From NCBI GenBank assembly GCA_028534125.1, contig CM052816.1, positions 98,644,001 through 98,708,000 of the forward strand: a stretch of 64,000 bases of DNA, given 5' to 3'. The first letter of the stretch is position 1. Every line of letters starts with the position of its first letter. This DNA is from Lama glama. Its lineage: Eukaryota. A program made the translations under genes and the position numbers. This document shows positions 37,936 through 49,525 of the stretch, in pieces. The notes under the pieces are model-generated. The model was not told where the DNA came from. It saw only the letters and a program-made list of their open reading frames with translations, and made no database searches.

Positions 37936-39804
37936 AGCCCTAAAATTAGTAAAAGGAAACTTACCTATTTCCTGCTCTCATTGGTCTGCTGGATGGGCTC
38001 CGTGGAAACCCACATTTAAAAAGAGAGAAGGAGAGAGCGAGGTGGCCGAGAGGAAGCTGGCTTAACACTGCGAAGAGCTCACTACAGGGTTTCCACACAC
38101 GTTAGAGACCAACACCCAGTGTATCTTAAATACAGTTTAATTTGCATGTTCAGACATTTAGGGGCTGCATAGGGGATGCAGCTGTAGTGAACTGGCTTGT
38201 GGAAATCAGCCTTGAAGGCAGTGGACATCTTCTGCCCCCCACACCAGCGAAGGTCTCAGGGTGTTAGCTCAGTGGGGATCTCAGCCTTGACTGACCATCA
38301 GTATGAAGACAGTCGCCATTTGCAAGATTCTGCTGGGTCAGTCCCAGGGGTTCAGCTCAAATTTTCTGTGCTTTATACCTTCTTCTGTGTAACACCTGGT
38401 TTCTCAAATATGAGAATACGTATAAATGATATCTGAGGATGCATGGAATCATGGGATTTTATTGTTATATTCTTTCTGTCAAAATGTTCTGCTTTCTTTA
38501 GAAAATTCTCTACCGAACCTTTTATACATTTCTATGGAATCTGACTTTGATCTTATACCTTTTTCCTTCATTTTGGAAAATTTTGACAGATTTCCTGACA
38601 ATCTAAATAATTCCAGGCTTAAGTATTTTGTCCTGATTACTTAGAATATTTAATTTTAAAAAGACATTCTCCCAAAGCAGGTTTCCAGAATTTTGTCTCC
38701 ACGTGGTGCTGCACAAGGGCCCGTGTCCTCTTCCACACAATCGGAGAGCAGCTTCCCGTCCCTGCAGGGACAGTCTGCATTTTACAGTCTTCACTGAGCA
38801 CGTGGTTTGCAGTCTTCGTTGGGAGCATCTTTCATTAACACTGCAGGCAGCCCTGGCGGGGTTAGCCACCCGCCCCGGTGATGCTCCTCTGCGAGGGGAT
38901 GCAGCCCTCGTCTTTCCAGGTGTGACAGGCCCCCTCCCCGAGTACATTTTTCCTTCTGACAGTGTGTAGTTCTGTGCCTCCTCCCAAGCACTGCAAGCCA
39001 CAGAGACACAAAACAGTGGTGCGGCCAGGCTTGGGACAGCAGGAGACCAGAACTGGAGACCACATGAGTCACCAGTCACTGGCTTATAGGGCAGTGGAGG
39101 AAGACGTAGGGACAGTTGGAGCAGCTGGATCAGGGTGGGGGACAACATTTGGACAGCTGAGAGGCAGCGCAGACTTGGCAGCCGTGAGGATGTGTCCGCC
39201 GCCACCCAGGGGCATTAGCCCTGGGGCAGGCTGTTCTCAGGGGCATCCTTGGAATGTGTCAACACCCCAAATCAGGCACAGCAGGCTCCTCTTGCCTGAA
39301 GATCTAGCTACAGTTTGTTGTCACCACTTGAGAGAATTTAGGTGGGACATTATGGGTGGAACCAATGTTAAAAAAAAACTCCACTGTTTCTATTTAGATC
39401 AGCACATTCCTAATTAACCAAAACGTTTGGGAAGGCGATACTCATGACAGAAGTCTGGCCCCTTTTCTCCTTTGATGGCCAGACCTTTCCAAAGTGCACA
39501 TCACAACTTCCTGCTTTTTACCACACGGTAATTATAATATGTATAATGCACTATATGTACTATGTAAGTATAGTGTATTGACTGATTCTTTGATATTTGA
39601 AGACTTTGAGGTTCATTAGCTTCATTTTTCAGATCATTTGTTCATTCCAAACATCTCCAATGGCAGTAAGCACTGACGGGCAGATGACTAAACGAGCTAC
39701 AAATTGCCCTGGATTTTCTTGGATTTTATGAAGACTCTGATGGAGATTGTAAATCTCTAATGGAGGTATTTGGCTCATGTGTTCTCAAAGGAGAGGGAGC
39801 CGCC

Positions 39805-40320
39805 TGTATTAGTCATGTATTGCTGGTTAACCACTCACCACAAACAGCACACACCAGTGATCTTATGTCTCTGCAGGTCAGAAGTCCAGGCACAGCCCAG
39901 CTGGGTCCTTTGCTTCGGGTCTCGCCAGGCTGCAATCAGGTGTCAGGTAGGGCAGTGGTCTCATCAGAGGCTCAAGTCGGGAAAGATCTTCCAGGCTTTT
40001 TCAGATTGTTGGCAGAATTTAGAGCCTTGAGGCTGTAGGACTGAAGTCCAAGTCTTGTTGCCACTGTCAGCTGGGGGCCACTCTCAGCTCCCAGAGGCTG
40101 CCCTGCAGTTCCCTGCCACGTGACCCTCTTGCAGGTAGTCCCACGAGAAGGCAGCTCACTTCTTCAAAGTCAGCAAAGGAGGGTCACTCTTCCTCCAGCC
40201 TGCTAAGGCAGGGTCTTACATAACATATAACCATAGACATGACAGTGCATCACCTTTGCCATATTCTGTCACTCAAAGGCCCCTGGGGAGGGGCCACCTT
40301 AGGGTGTGTCCACTATACCA
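39805..40320 (-). mobile_element. MaLR LTR (MLT1E/F-like)
   Basis: tgtattagtc...ggtcagaagtccaggcacagc...aggctgcaatcaggtgtcagg...tgttggcagaatt. Confidence 0.75.
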
Positions 40321-40409
40321 CACAGAAGTGTATATTAAACATCTGTATGAATTTTTCTATTTCATTAAGCACTTAAAATTTACAAAAGGAATAAATATAG
40401 AAAATTTAG

Positions 40410-40625
40410 GAGTACAGGGTTAGGAGGATGGGAGTAACAGATACAAATCACTACACACAAAACAGAAAGGCAGCAAAGATTTACTCTATAGCACAAGGAA
40501 CTATATTCAACCTCTTGTAATATAGAAAATAATCTGGAAATACATATATAACTGAATCACTTTGCTGTACGTCTGAAACTAACATAATGTTGTAAATCAA
40601 CTATGCTTCAATAACAAAGAAAAAG
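40410..40625 (+). mobile_element. Short L1 3' tail
   Basis: aacagatacaaatcactac...atagcacaaggaactatattcaa...actgaatcactttgctgtacgtctgaaactaac...tgtaaatcaactatgcttcaata. Confidence 0.8.
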
Positions 40626-42634
40626 AAAATTTAGGTTAGATGAATAAATACCAAAGTTAAAACAAGTCCTGATTATTTCTCTTTCTGCCACGAGGAGAGG
40701 ATGACTTACAGCATTTAAGTGTGTGTGTCGGACCCAGTTTCTTGTGCCATCTGACCTTCTCTAGTCATGATTTACTACTCAGCAGAATGACGACTCTTCA
40801 GAAATACGGCCTGGGAGCGACTGCATCCTTGTAGGGCACAGGGAGAAGGCTTCCTTCCTCACTGGAGAGGGAGGAGGGTCTGGAGCTCCTTCTTCACCGC
40901 GACAGTGGAGGCCATCGGCCAGCCGGGCTGACAGAGCCCCAGGCGACCCGTGACGTGACTCTGCTGAAGTTCTGATTGCCACACTGCCTGGGGGGAGGGA
41001 GAGCTATGGTGTCTAGGAGGCAGGGCCCAGAGAAGCTGTCACATCCTATAACACACAGCGCAGTCCCTCACTCGCAGATGGTCCAGCCTCAGTGGTCAGC
41101 AGCGCCGAGGCTGAGGACCCCTGGTCTCCATCCTCACACAAGATGGTGAAACTGAAGTTACTTCGAGGGGGAGGCGGGGGGGTTGTTTATTCAGAAAGGG
41201 ATTCCTGCCTCTCTCAGTCGTATCTCACAGCTCAACCTGGCAGAAATAAGGAGCGGTTTCAAAGCATCCACAGAACCCAGCACTTCTTAAAGCACACAGC
41301 CAGCTGGGTGGACGCTGACATGCACTGACAGAGCAGGCAGAAGTCAGACCACTCCCAGAACAAGGTGCGGGAGAGCAGGAGATTCACTGGGCTTTTAGGA
41401 AAAAGAGGAAAATGATGGTATCGGGTGAAAGATGGGAACCTACCAACGATGGGAAAACGCCCAGCGCAGCCAGCGCCCCCTGCTGCCTCCTTCCCGGGGA
41501 GCGGCAGGACTGGCGGCCCCCGGACTTCCACGGCCCCGCGTCCTGGACCTGAGAGCGCGCTGTAGGGAGAAGCTTCTCTGGGACTTTCGCGGCCCTGCTC
41601 TTGGAAGGAGGTTTACCTAAACCCTCCTCCCCGGAGTCTGAACGTTTGAAAGGAACAGAGGAAAGTGACCAGCCAAGGCAATGATATCAACAGGCCGTCA
41701 GAGGTCGGGGGGACACCGTTCGCTCACTGGGAGGTCGCGGGGACAGGTACATGGAGAGGGATTCAGAGGATCAGCGCCCTGGACAGCTGCTGGAGGCTGC
41801 TGGTTAACGCCCTCGCTGCCCAGACGAGGCACCTGGAGTCAGTGGCGCAGCCGGGGCTGGAGGCCAGATCTGGGATAGACGGTCCTGTGTCTCCCCACCG
41901 CGCTGTGCCTTCTGCTCCCAGGCTGACACAGCGAGTGGACGGACAGGGCTGGCTTAAGGGAAAGCAGCAGGACCTGTGTCCTGCTCGTCCCTTTCCTGTG
42001 CTCAGAGGTCCGTCCTCCTGCGGACCAGTCCTCCTGTAGCTCAGCACCAAAGCCGTCTGCTCCTCCGCACAGTGCCGAGTGACCGGCAGGTCACCGGATT
42101 TCATCAACACCTTCACAGGCAGGGTACCCGGCTCATAAGGGCTCAGTGTGCTATCTCCCTGAGCTTCGTGCATTGTAACAGCATCAACTGTGTCTTCCCT
42201 TAGAGATAGGACTCCTTGATGAAGGAACCTCGGGCACCATCACACCATAAAGGAAGTCAGTTAGGATCTATCTATCTATTTATATGGGTAGGTATCAATA
42301 GACAAAAGATACAGAAGAATAAATACCATAATACATATATATGTGTGATATATGCATTCGTTCATATGCTGCATTCTATAGACACATACAATGAATATAT
42401 ACTCCCCATGGAAAACATGAAAGACAATATTCTATAAATACCTAAGTATTTTACTAATAAATATACTTTTCTAGCCATGTGATTTCAAATGTAACCTTAT
42501 AATTATTTTCTTACTTAGCAATGAGTTCTAAACACAAGCATGAATCCATACTCACAATATCACCAGCTTTTCTTATGCTCGCAAGACATTTCACTTTAAC
42601 TGAGTCAGCCTGATCTCTACAGCTGTGCGTGTTG

Positions 42635-42850
42635 GTCAGGGTTCCCCCACCTCGGCCCTGGTGGCACTTTGGACCAGATCACTGCCAGCAGTGGGGCCGT
42701 CCTGTGCACTATGGGGTGCTGAGCATCCCCGGTCTCTGCCCACTAAACGCCAGTAGCAGCCCCTTCCAGCTGCGGCAATTGAAAGTGTCTCCAGATAGGG
42801 CCAAATTCTGGGGTCAGAATCACCCTGTATCCTATAGGTTGAGAATTAGT
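42635..42850. mobile_element. MER20-like hAT-Charlie DNA transposon
   Basis: cagggttcccccacctcggc...tcctgtgcactat...agcatccccggtctctgcccacta...tgtctccaga...ggttgagaa. Confidence 0.75.
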
Positions 42851-43094
42851 GATGCAAGTGGTCTCCTTTTCTTTTCTTTTCTTTCATTTTATTTTCTTTT
42901 ATTTTTTTGGCTCTCATTAAGCAAAGTTGCCTGCACTTCCTTAGAGCTATCTTCCCACCTCTATCTGATTATATCCAGAGGATAAATTCCTCAATGCTAA
43001 ACTAGTGTTGTGGAGAAAAGGCATTCGTTTGAGAACTTTAATATACTTTGGCCAAAGTTCTGTCAAAGTATTGTTTTTAAAAAGTTAAAAACAC

Positions 43095-43440
43095 AGCTCT
43101 CATACAAAAATGACACCTGCACCCCAGTGTTCACAGCAGCACTATTTACAATAGCCAAGATATGGAAACAGCCTAAATGTCCATCAACAGATGACTGGAT
43201 AAAGACGATGTGGTATATTTATACAATGGAATACTACTCAGCCATAAAAACTGACAACATAACGCCATTTGCAGCAACATGGATGCTACTGGAGAATGTC
43301 ATTCTAAGTGAAGTAAGCCAGAAAGAGAGAGAAAAATACCATATGAGATCGCTCATATGTGGAATCTAAAAAGAAAAAAAAAGAACATAAATACAAGACA
43401 GAAACAGACTCACAGACATACAATACAAACTTGTGGTTAC
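43095..43440 (+). mobile_element. Young L1 3' end (same family as 1-492), cut by the assembly gap
   Basis: ORF 43010..43369 ends TCTPVFTAALFTIAKIWKQPKCPSTDDWIKTMWYIYTMEYYSAIK...ILSEVSQKEREKYHMRSLICGI*. Confidence 0.93.
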
Positions 43441-43540
43441 NNNNNNNNNNNNNNNNNNNNNNNNNNNNNNNNNNNNNNNNNNNNNNNNNNNNNNNNNNNN
43501 NNNNNNNNNNNNNNNNNNNNNNNNNNNNNNNNNNNNNNNN
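43441..43540. other. Assembly gap (100 N)
   Basis: Run of N. Confidence 1.
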
Positions 43541-44917
43541 CAGTGCCCCAAAGCCCTGCAAAGACACGGGAGGAGGCTATTAACCACACACGCAATGATG
43601 CTCTAACCATTGGGCTGTAATCCTTTCCGAGGCTGCAGAATGTTGGTCGTGTGTGTTGCTGTGCGTGAACTCAGGCTTTCACAGGGCTGTGCAACACCCT
43701 AATTACCAGAAAATAGTAAGCAGACCGGAGACAGTTACTCCTGATGAATCAGATAAATCTTGGGTGACTGCTGGCCAAAGCCCCTGTGCATCCGGGAAAA
43801 GACAGTCGTCCTTTTGCCTACTTCTGAGTTTTGCTCCGTTTGTCTCTTGACATTGCCTTCCTGAAATCTCGTAAAATGTGCTCTGTCTTCAACTGACTCA
43901 GCTCCCATAACCATAACCAGCATGGGGCGGGTGATCAGTTCTTTTACTCTATTCCGTAGGGCAGCTATCTCATGACTTCATGTCCATTTGCAAATGGCTG
44001 AGTGTCTATTTGTATAGAACTTTGGTAAGTAAAAAATTAAGAACTTAATTTTTTTTTCATCAGGCTTTTCCTACCAGGCTATTTCCCTATTGAAAAGATA
44101 TTTTCGCTTCTTAGTGAAATTTCTCTCTGTGTAGGGAAAGGCAGTGCCACCTGTCTTAAATACTCTTACCAGGGCTCCCTGTCCTATGCCTGGATTGTCT
44201 AAGAATGTTTAGGCCCAAGGTAATGGGGGAGGTGTCCAAAAATTGGCTGCAGTCAGGCTGTGTGACCTGATTGCAGGGAAAGGAGAGTGTGTGCATCTTT
44301 GTTTATGTGTTTGTCTTTAGTAATCTCGGAACCAGTTTTCTGAAACTGGGCTTCTCCCACGAGTCTCCTGAGATTAATCAGAGTGGGTGGAGGAAAGTGC
44401 TTTTTGGAACAGAAGGGTTGGAACAGATCCGGTTAAACCATGTTGAGCAAATTCGTTTGCAGCCAGACTTCTCAGGGCCTTCAGTCTGCTAACAACTTGT
44501 GACCGTCCCAGAGCGTTATGGTTCGTAGTCCTTGGTGCCCTTCTTTGAGAAACAATGGTCAACATCTCAGTGAACACCAGCTTTCTAAGCTCTGCAGCTG
44601 GGAAAGGCTGTTTTTGTGATACTATAATTTTTCAAGCAAAGTTATAAAAAAGATAAAATGTCTCTAACAGTGGAAATGAAAAGGTATAATTAACGATAAT
44701 GATCGACAGCAAGATGGCAGGCTCCACTGTGTCTTGGAGGCAGTATCTATTCTTGTAAGAAAGTTCTGTCCATCTTCCAGGCAGCCCTCACCACTCCCCG
44801 GTGCAGAAGGGGAGGCAGGGCTTGTCATCCCTCTTTGCTGAGAACGTTGACGTCCTGCAGCTGCGCAATGGGGGCGCCTGCTTGGGAGTCTGCATGTGAT
44901 GAGTGTACAGGAGATTT

Positions 44918-45500
44918 TGTTAGTTTCCCTTTGCTGTGTAAAGTTACAGAACTTGATGGTGTAAACCAACAGCCGTGTAGAGGCTCATAGCTCTCCAGGT
45001 CAGAAGTCCAGGCACAGGGAGGCTGCTTTCTCTGTGGGGTCTCACATGGAGAAACTAGGGTTTAGGCTGGGTCTCCTTCCTTTCTGGAGGCTCAGGGGAA
45101 GATTCTGTTTCCAAGTCATGCAGGTTGCTGGTGAAATTCATTTCCTCGTGGTTGTAGGACTGAGGACTCTGGGTCCTAGAGGCTGTCCACATTCCTTGCC
45201 ATGTGATTCCCCCATATTCAAAGCCAGTGACAGAGAACCCCCCTCATGCCTCCAATCTCCTTCTCCAGGAAGAGCCTTATCCTTTTAATGGTCTCACCTG
45301 ATTAGGTCAGGCCCACCCAGGATAATCTCCCTATCTTGAAGTCAGTCTATTTTGGACCTTAATTCTATCTACAAGATCCCACCACTGGAGTACCTAAATT
45401 AGTGTTTGACTGAGTAACTGGGAGATGATGTGTAAACTATGTAGTTGGGGGGCAGTGGTGGGGATCAGGGGTGACCTCAGAACTACCTCCACATTCATAT
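44918..45500 (-). mobile_element. MaLR LTR (MLT1-like)
   Basis: tgttagtttccctttgctg...ggtcagaagtccagg...ggttgtaggactgagg...cctgattaggtcaggcccacccaggataatctccct. Confidence 0.8.
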
Positions 45501-45748
45501 TCTATTTGTTGGAGGCACCACCACTGCACTGGCTTTAGACACTTTCTGTGCTGCTCAGAAGTTCTATGTGTGATTGGGAAAATAAAAAATGAGTCAGAAG
45601 AGATTTGATCTTGGTTAGAGTTGGTAGGATGCATGGGAACCCAGAGAGTGTCCAAAGAGGTCCTTCTGACAACCTGGCTTTCCCCACCAATGCCTGGCCC
45701 CGCTGTTTTGGGGATCAAAAGAATCTGAATGGTGGTTCCATGCTTGCC

Positions 45749-45785
45749 TTTTTGTTTTTGTTTTTGTTTTTTTTGTTTTTTTTTT
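45749..45785. repeat. (TTTTTG)n simple repeat
   Basis: Read directly from the sequence. Confidence 0.85.
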
Positions 45786-48041
45786 AACCTGTGACTCCAG
45801 ACAACTGCGCAGAAGCGCCTGTCGAGATCCCCCACGCACACAGAAGGGTTCCGGAACCCTGAGCGGGGGGAGGTTCCACCTCCATGGTTGCCTTTTAAAG
45901 AAGATTTTTCTGAGTCTATTTTAAGCTTCATTGTTGTTTGTGGCTGACATAATGCTCAGTATATTTGGGGCAATCAGTAATCAACAGTCACGGCACTGAT
46001 GCTTTTTATGGGACGCTGACATAATTCATGTGTTGCTGCCCTCAAAGATACACCAGAAAAACCACCCGCCCCAAACCTCCAAATAGAGACGTGTAAACGT
46101 GGTGAGCACATCACGTTCTCCAACCCACTGGTTCCCCAGGTTTCACCTGATCTCGCTGTCTGAGGTCCAGAGCCTCAGTTTGTAAAAGTCACACTGTAAA
46201 GTTTTTAGTGAAATCTAGAAAGTGAAAGCAGTTAGTCAAACCAAGCTGCCAGGGCTGGTGACTGGCTGGTTGCAGGGCCCCACTTCCAGCCGGTGTTGGG
46301 GAGAGAGGGCTGAACCCTGGGGAGATGCTCAAGGAATACCCCGCCTTTGCCTCCACACCAGACTCCTCTCTGAGGAACCATCCGTTGCCCCCCTTGATCG
46401 GAGGATTCTGAGATGTCCCACTGCAGCGTGGGCTCGCCGGGATCCTGTGCGGCAGAGGAGACAGCCCCTCCGCAGTGTGCCCTGCCCCAGGGCTCTCCGT
46501 CCCGGCCATTTCCTCTGAGCTCCGACGTCATCGGTACCTCGGGCCCAGAGACGGGCCCATCTTCTCAAGCAGGTCACTCTAATGTCCTCAAGCTGCGTGC
46601 TTTTTGTTTTCGACCACCTCCCAGCTGTCTACTTAGGAGTGTCTGAAGCCAAACTCATTCATTCTTTCCATCACTTACTGGTGACTGAAGCCGTTTCATG
46701 GTTGTCTTGCGAGGAAGGGGAAGGAACACAGATCAGGAATGACTGGAGAGGGGTGAGAAGGGAGCATTCCAAGTTGGAACAGAAATGCAAGATGATAAAA
46801 GTGTAATTGGAAACATCACTCTCTACAGTCACCACGGCGCGGCGTGGTTCACGGGGGATTCTAAATTCATCTCGCTGCCGAGAGTCCACTGTGAGAAAGA
46901 AGGTTTCAGGAAACCCGGGGGGCAGGCCAGGATTTCTCAACAACTTTATCTATACAGATCAGTATGTGGGAAATAGAGCGTGGGGGTGATTAAGGGGCTT
47001 CAGGCGTCCCCTCGCCCCTGAATGAATGTCCCAGCCCCGTGACAGGCTGTTCAGATGTGAGCTCAGTCACTGACCGGGACCTGCAGGCCTGGCCTGCACC
47101 CCCCGAGGGAGAAAACAGCCTCTAAGGCCATGTCTCGTCCTGTTGACAGACTTCGTATTTCAGAGCCCTGAGTGATGGCTCGGGGGGGAGTTATGGCTGC
47201 ATGTCCCCGGCTCGTTTTATCCTTTGGATGCCCATGTGAGTGTCCTGTCCCATGGGCACCGCATGCACGTCCTCCCCGCGTTGACCCGAGTACCCCTCCT
47301 GGCAATAGATTCGCCTCCCCGCATGCCTCATTCCAGGAGGCGTCTGTGGGTCTCCCGTGTCCTCAGATCCAACGACAGGATGGCCTATGGGCTCTCCCTC
47401 CTCTGTCTCTCCTCCAGGGCAGACCTCTCCCCCCAGCCCCCCGCCCTCTTGTGTCCCTCTTGCCCTCTAAACTCTAGTGTCCTCACAGGCACCTGAGGAA
47501 TGAGTTTAAAACCTAAACAATGTCATGTTATTACAGCCCTACAACGGCTTCCCATTTTGCTTAAAATCAAGTTTAAATATCAGGACAGCTGGCAGGCCTG
47601 TGTTCTGGGACGCCTGCCTCCTTTTCCAGGCCACCAGGAGCACCATTCTCCTTTCTGGTCACAGGATGTGCCAGGTGCCTTCCTGCCTGGAGACCTTTTC
47701 AGGTCCTGCCCCTCTACCTGGAACGCACCCCCTCCAGATCACCCTGTGGCCCAAAGGTCTCTGTTCAAGTGCTACCTCTCCAGGGAGGCCTCCTTCCACC
47801 ATCAAATGTGAGCCCACAGGGGCAGGGGTCCCCAAGGCAGGAAGGCATCTGGGCTGGCATAGGGCGGCCCCTCACATATGTGGTAAATGCGTGGATGAAT
47901 GAGTATCTTTAGTATCTTCCCTGCTATATCAGAAATCTGAATCATCAAGGCTGAGAAGTCAGATAGGTTTTCACCCCCAGATTCAGTTCATTTCAGCACC
48001 TGTGAATTGAATACTCTGTTCCAAGCAATAGGAGAGTTTCT

Positions 48042-48630
48042 GGAGCTGTGTTGTCCAATACGGTAGGCACCAGCTGTGTGTGCTATTGAAATACAAATTT
48101 AAATTACTTAACATAAACTGCAATGAAATATTCAGTTCCTCAGTTACACTACGCACACTTCAGGGGCTCCATAGTCACATGTGGCTGCTGTTGCCTACTG
48201 TGGACTAAAAGCTTTTGTTCCCCTCAAATCCCTATGTGGAAACCTAACCTGCTGTGATGAAACTGGAGGTGGGCCCCTCTGGAGGTGATTATGTTCAGAC
48301 GAGCTCAGGAGGGTGGGGCCCCCATGATGGGATTACTGCCCTTATAAGAAGAGGAAGAGAGACCAGAGCTTGCTCTCTGTCTCTCCTGACCATGCGAGGA
48401 CACAAAGAGAAGGCAGATGCCTGCAAATCAGGAAGTGGGGCCTGGCCAGACACCAAACCAGCTGGCATCTGCTCTTGGACTTGCAACCTCTAGAACCATG
48501 AGAAATAAATGTCTGTGGTTTGAGCCTCCCGTCCGTGGTGTCTTGCTACTGTGGCCAAGCCGACACGGTGCATTATCGGATGGTAGAGACGTGGATCATT
48601 TCCACCCCTGCCTAATGTCTGTCGCACAGA
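48042..48630. mobile_element. MER33/MER3-like hAT element split by an MLT1A-like LTR (about 48198-48570)
   Basis: Left half tgtccaatacggtag...attcagttcctcagttacacta...cacatgtggct; LTR cccatgatgggattactgcccttataagaagagg...ctagaaccatgagaaataaatgtctg; right half resumes with catttcca. Confidence 0.75.
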
Positions 48631-49029
48631 ACGGTCATGGAACGTAATGTTAAAGGCACCGTCAACCTCCCTTAAGGAACTCAGAGGCCACTGGGGAAGG
48701 GCAGGTGGGTAGACGCCGTCTAGCAGTCCTGGTAGGTGTCTGCACAGTGCTGAGGGCTTACACGGAGGCTGCAGTGGGGCCCGGCCCTCGCTGACTCTGC
48801 ACCGAGTTTCCAAGGATGAATAGGAGCCATTGGGTAAAGAGGAGGGTGGAGATGGGGAGTTGACGCCTCCGAGCATCCACAAAGCAAACATAACCATTGG
48901 AAGTCCTTCGGGGGAGACGTAAGGCCCTCATAGTGTGTCTTCTTGCCCACTCTGCTCTCTCCACTTCCTTATACCTTTCTTTTAAAAGGCAAAAGTGGGA
49001 CACTTGTCCTTTGGCAAGACTGACATAAA

Positions 49030-49525
49030 CAGAAGGTCACTGACTGATGTTAGTTTGACTTATGATTTTTCGACTTTACGATGGTGCAAAATGTTTCTAC
49101 TTTCAGTAGAAACTGCACTTTGACTTGTGCTCTCTTCCTGAGCTAGGGACGGGCAGTGCAATGTGCTCTCACGATGCTGGGCAGTGGCCGAGGGCCGGGG
49201 CTCCCAGTCAGCCCCGAATCACCAGGGTCGACATCGATACATTTACGACCATCCTGTACCCACATGACCACGCTGTTTCTCACTTGCAGCGCAGTATCCA
49301 GTCAGTTATACAAGGTATCCAACACTTTATTATCAGATAGGCTTTGTGATAGATGATTTTGCCAGCTGTCCTCGAATGGAAGCGCTCTGCGCAGGCCTAA
49401 GGTAGGCGAGGTTATGCTACGTTCGGTAGGTTAGGTGTGTTACGTGAACTTTCGATGTACCGTGTTTTCAATTCCCGAGGGTTTTATTGGGACATAACCC
49501 TGTCATAATTGTGGAGGGTCTGTGT
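49030..49525. mobile_element. TcMar-Tigger-derived element (MER47/Tigger5-like)
   Basis: gacttatgatttttcgactttacgatggtgcaaaa...cagtagaaac...aacactttattat...ttcggtaggttaggtgt...ttattgggacataacccc. Confidence 0.75.
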
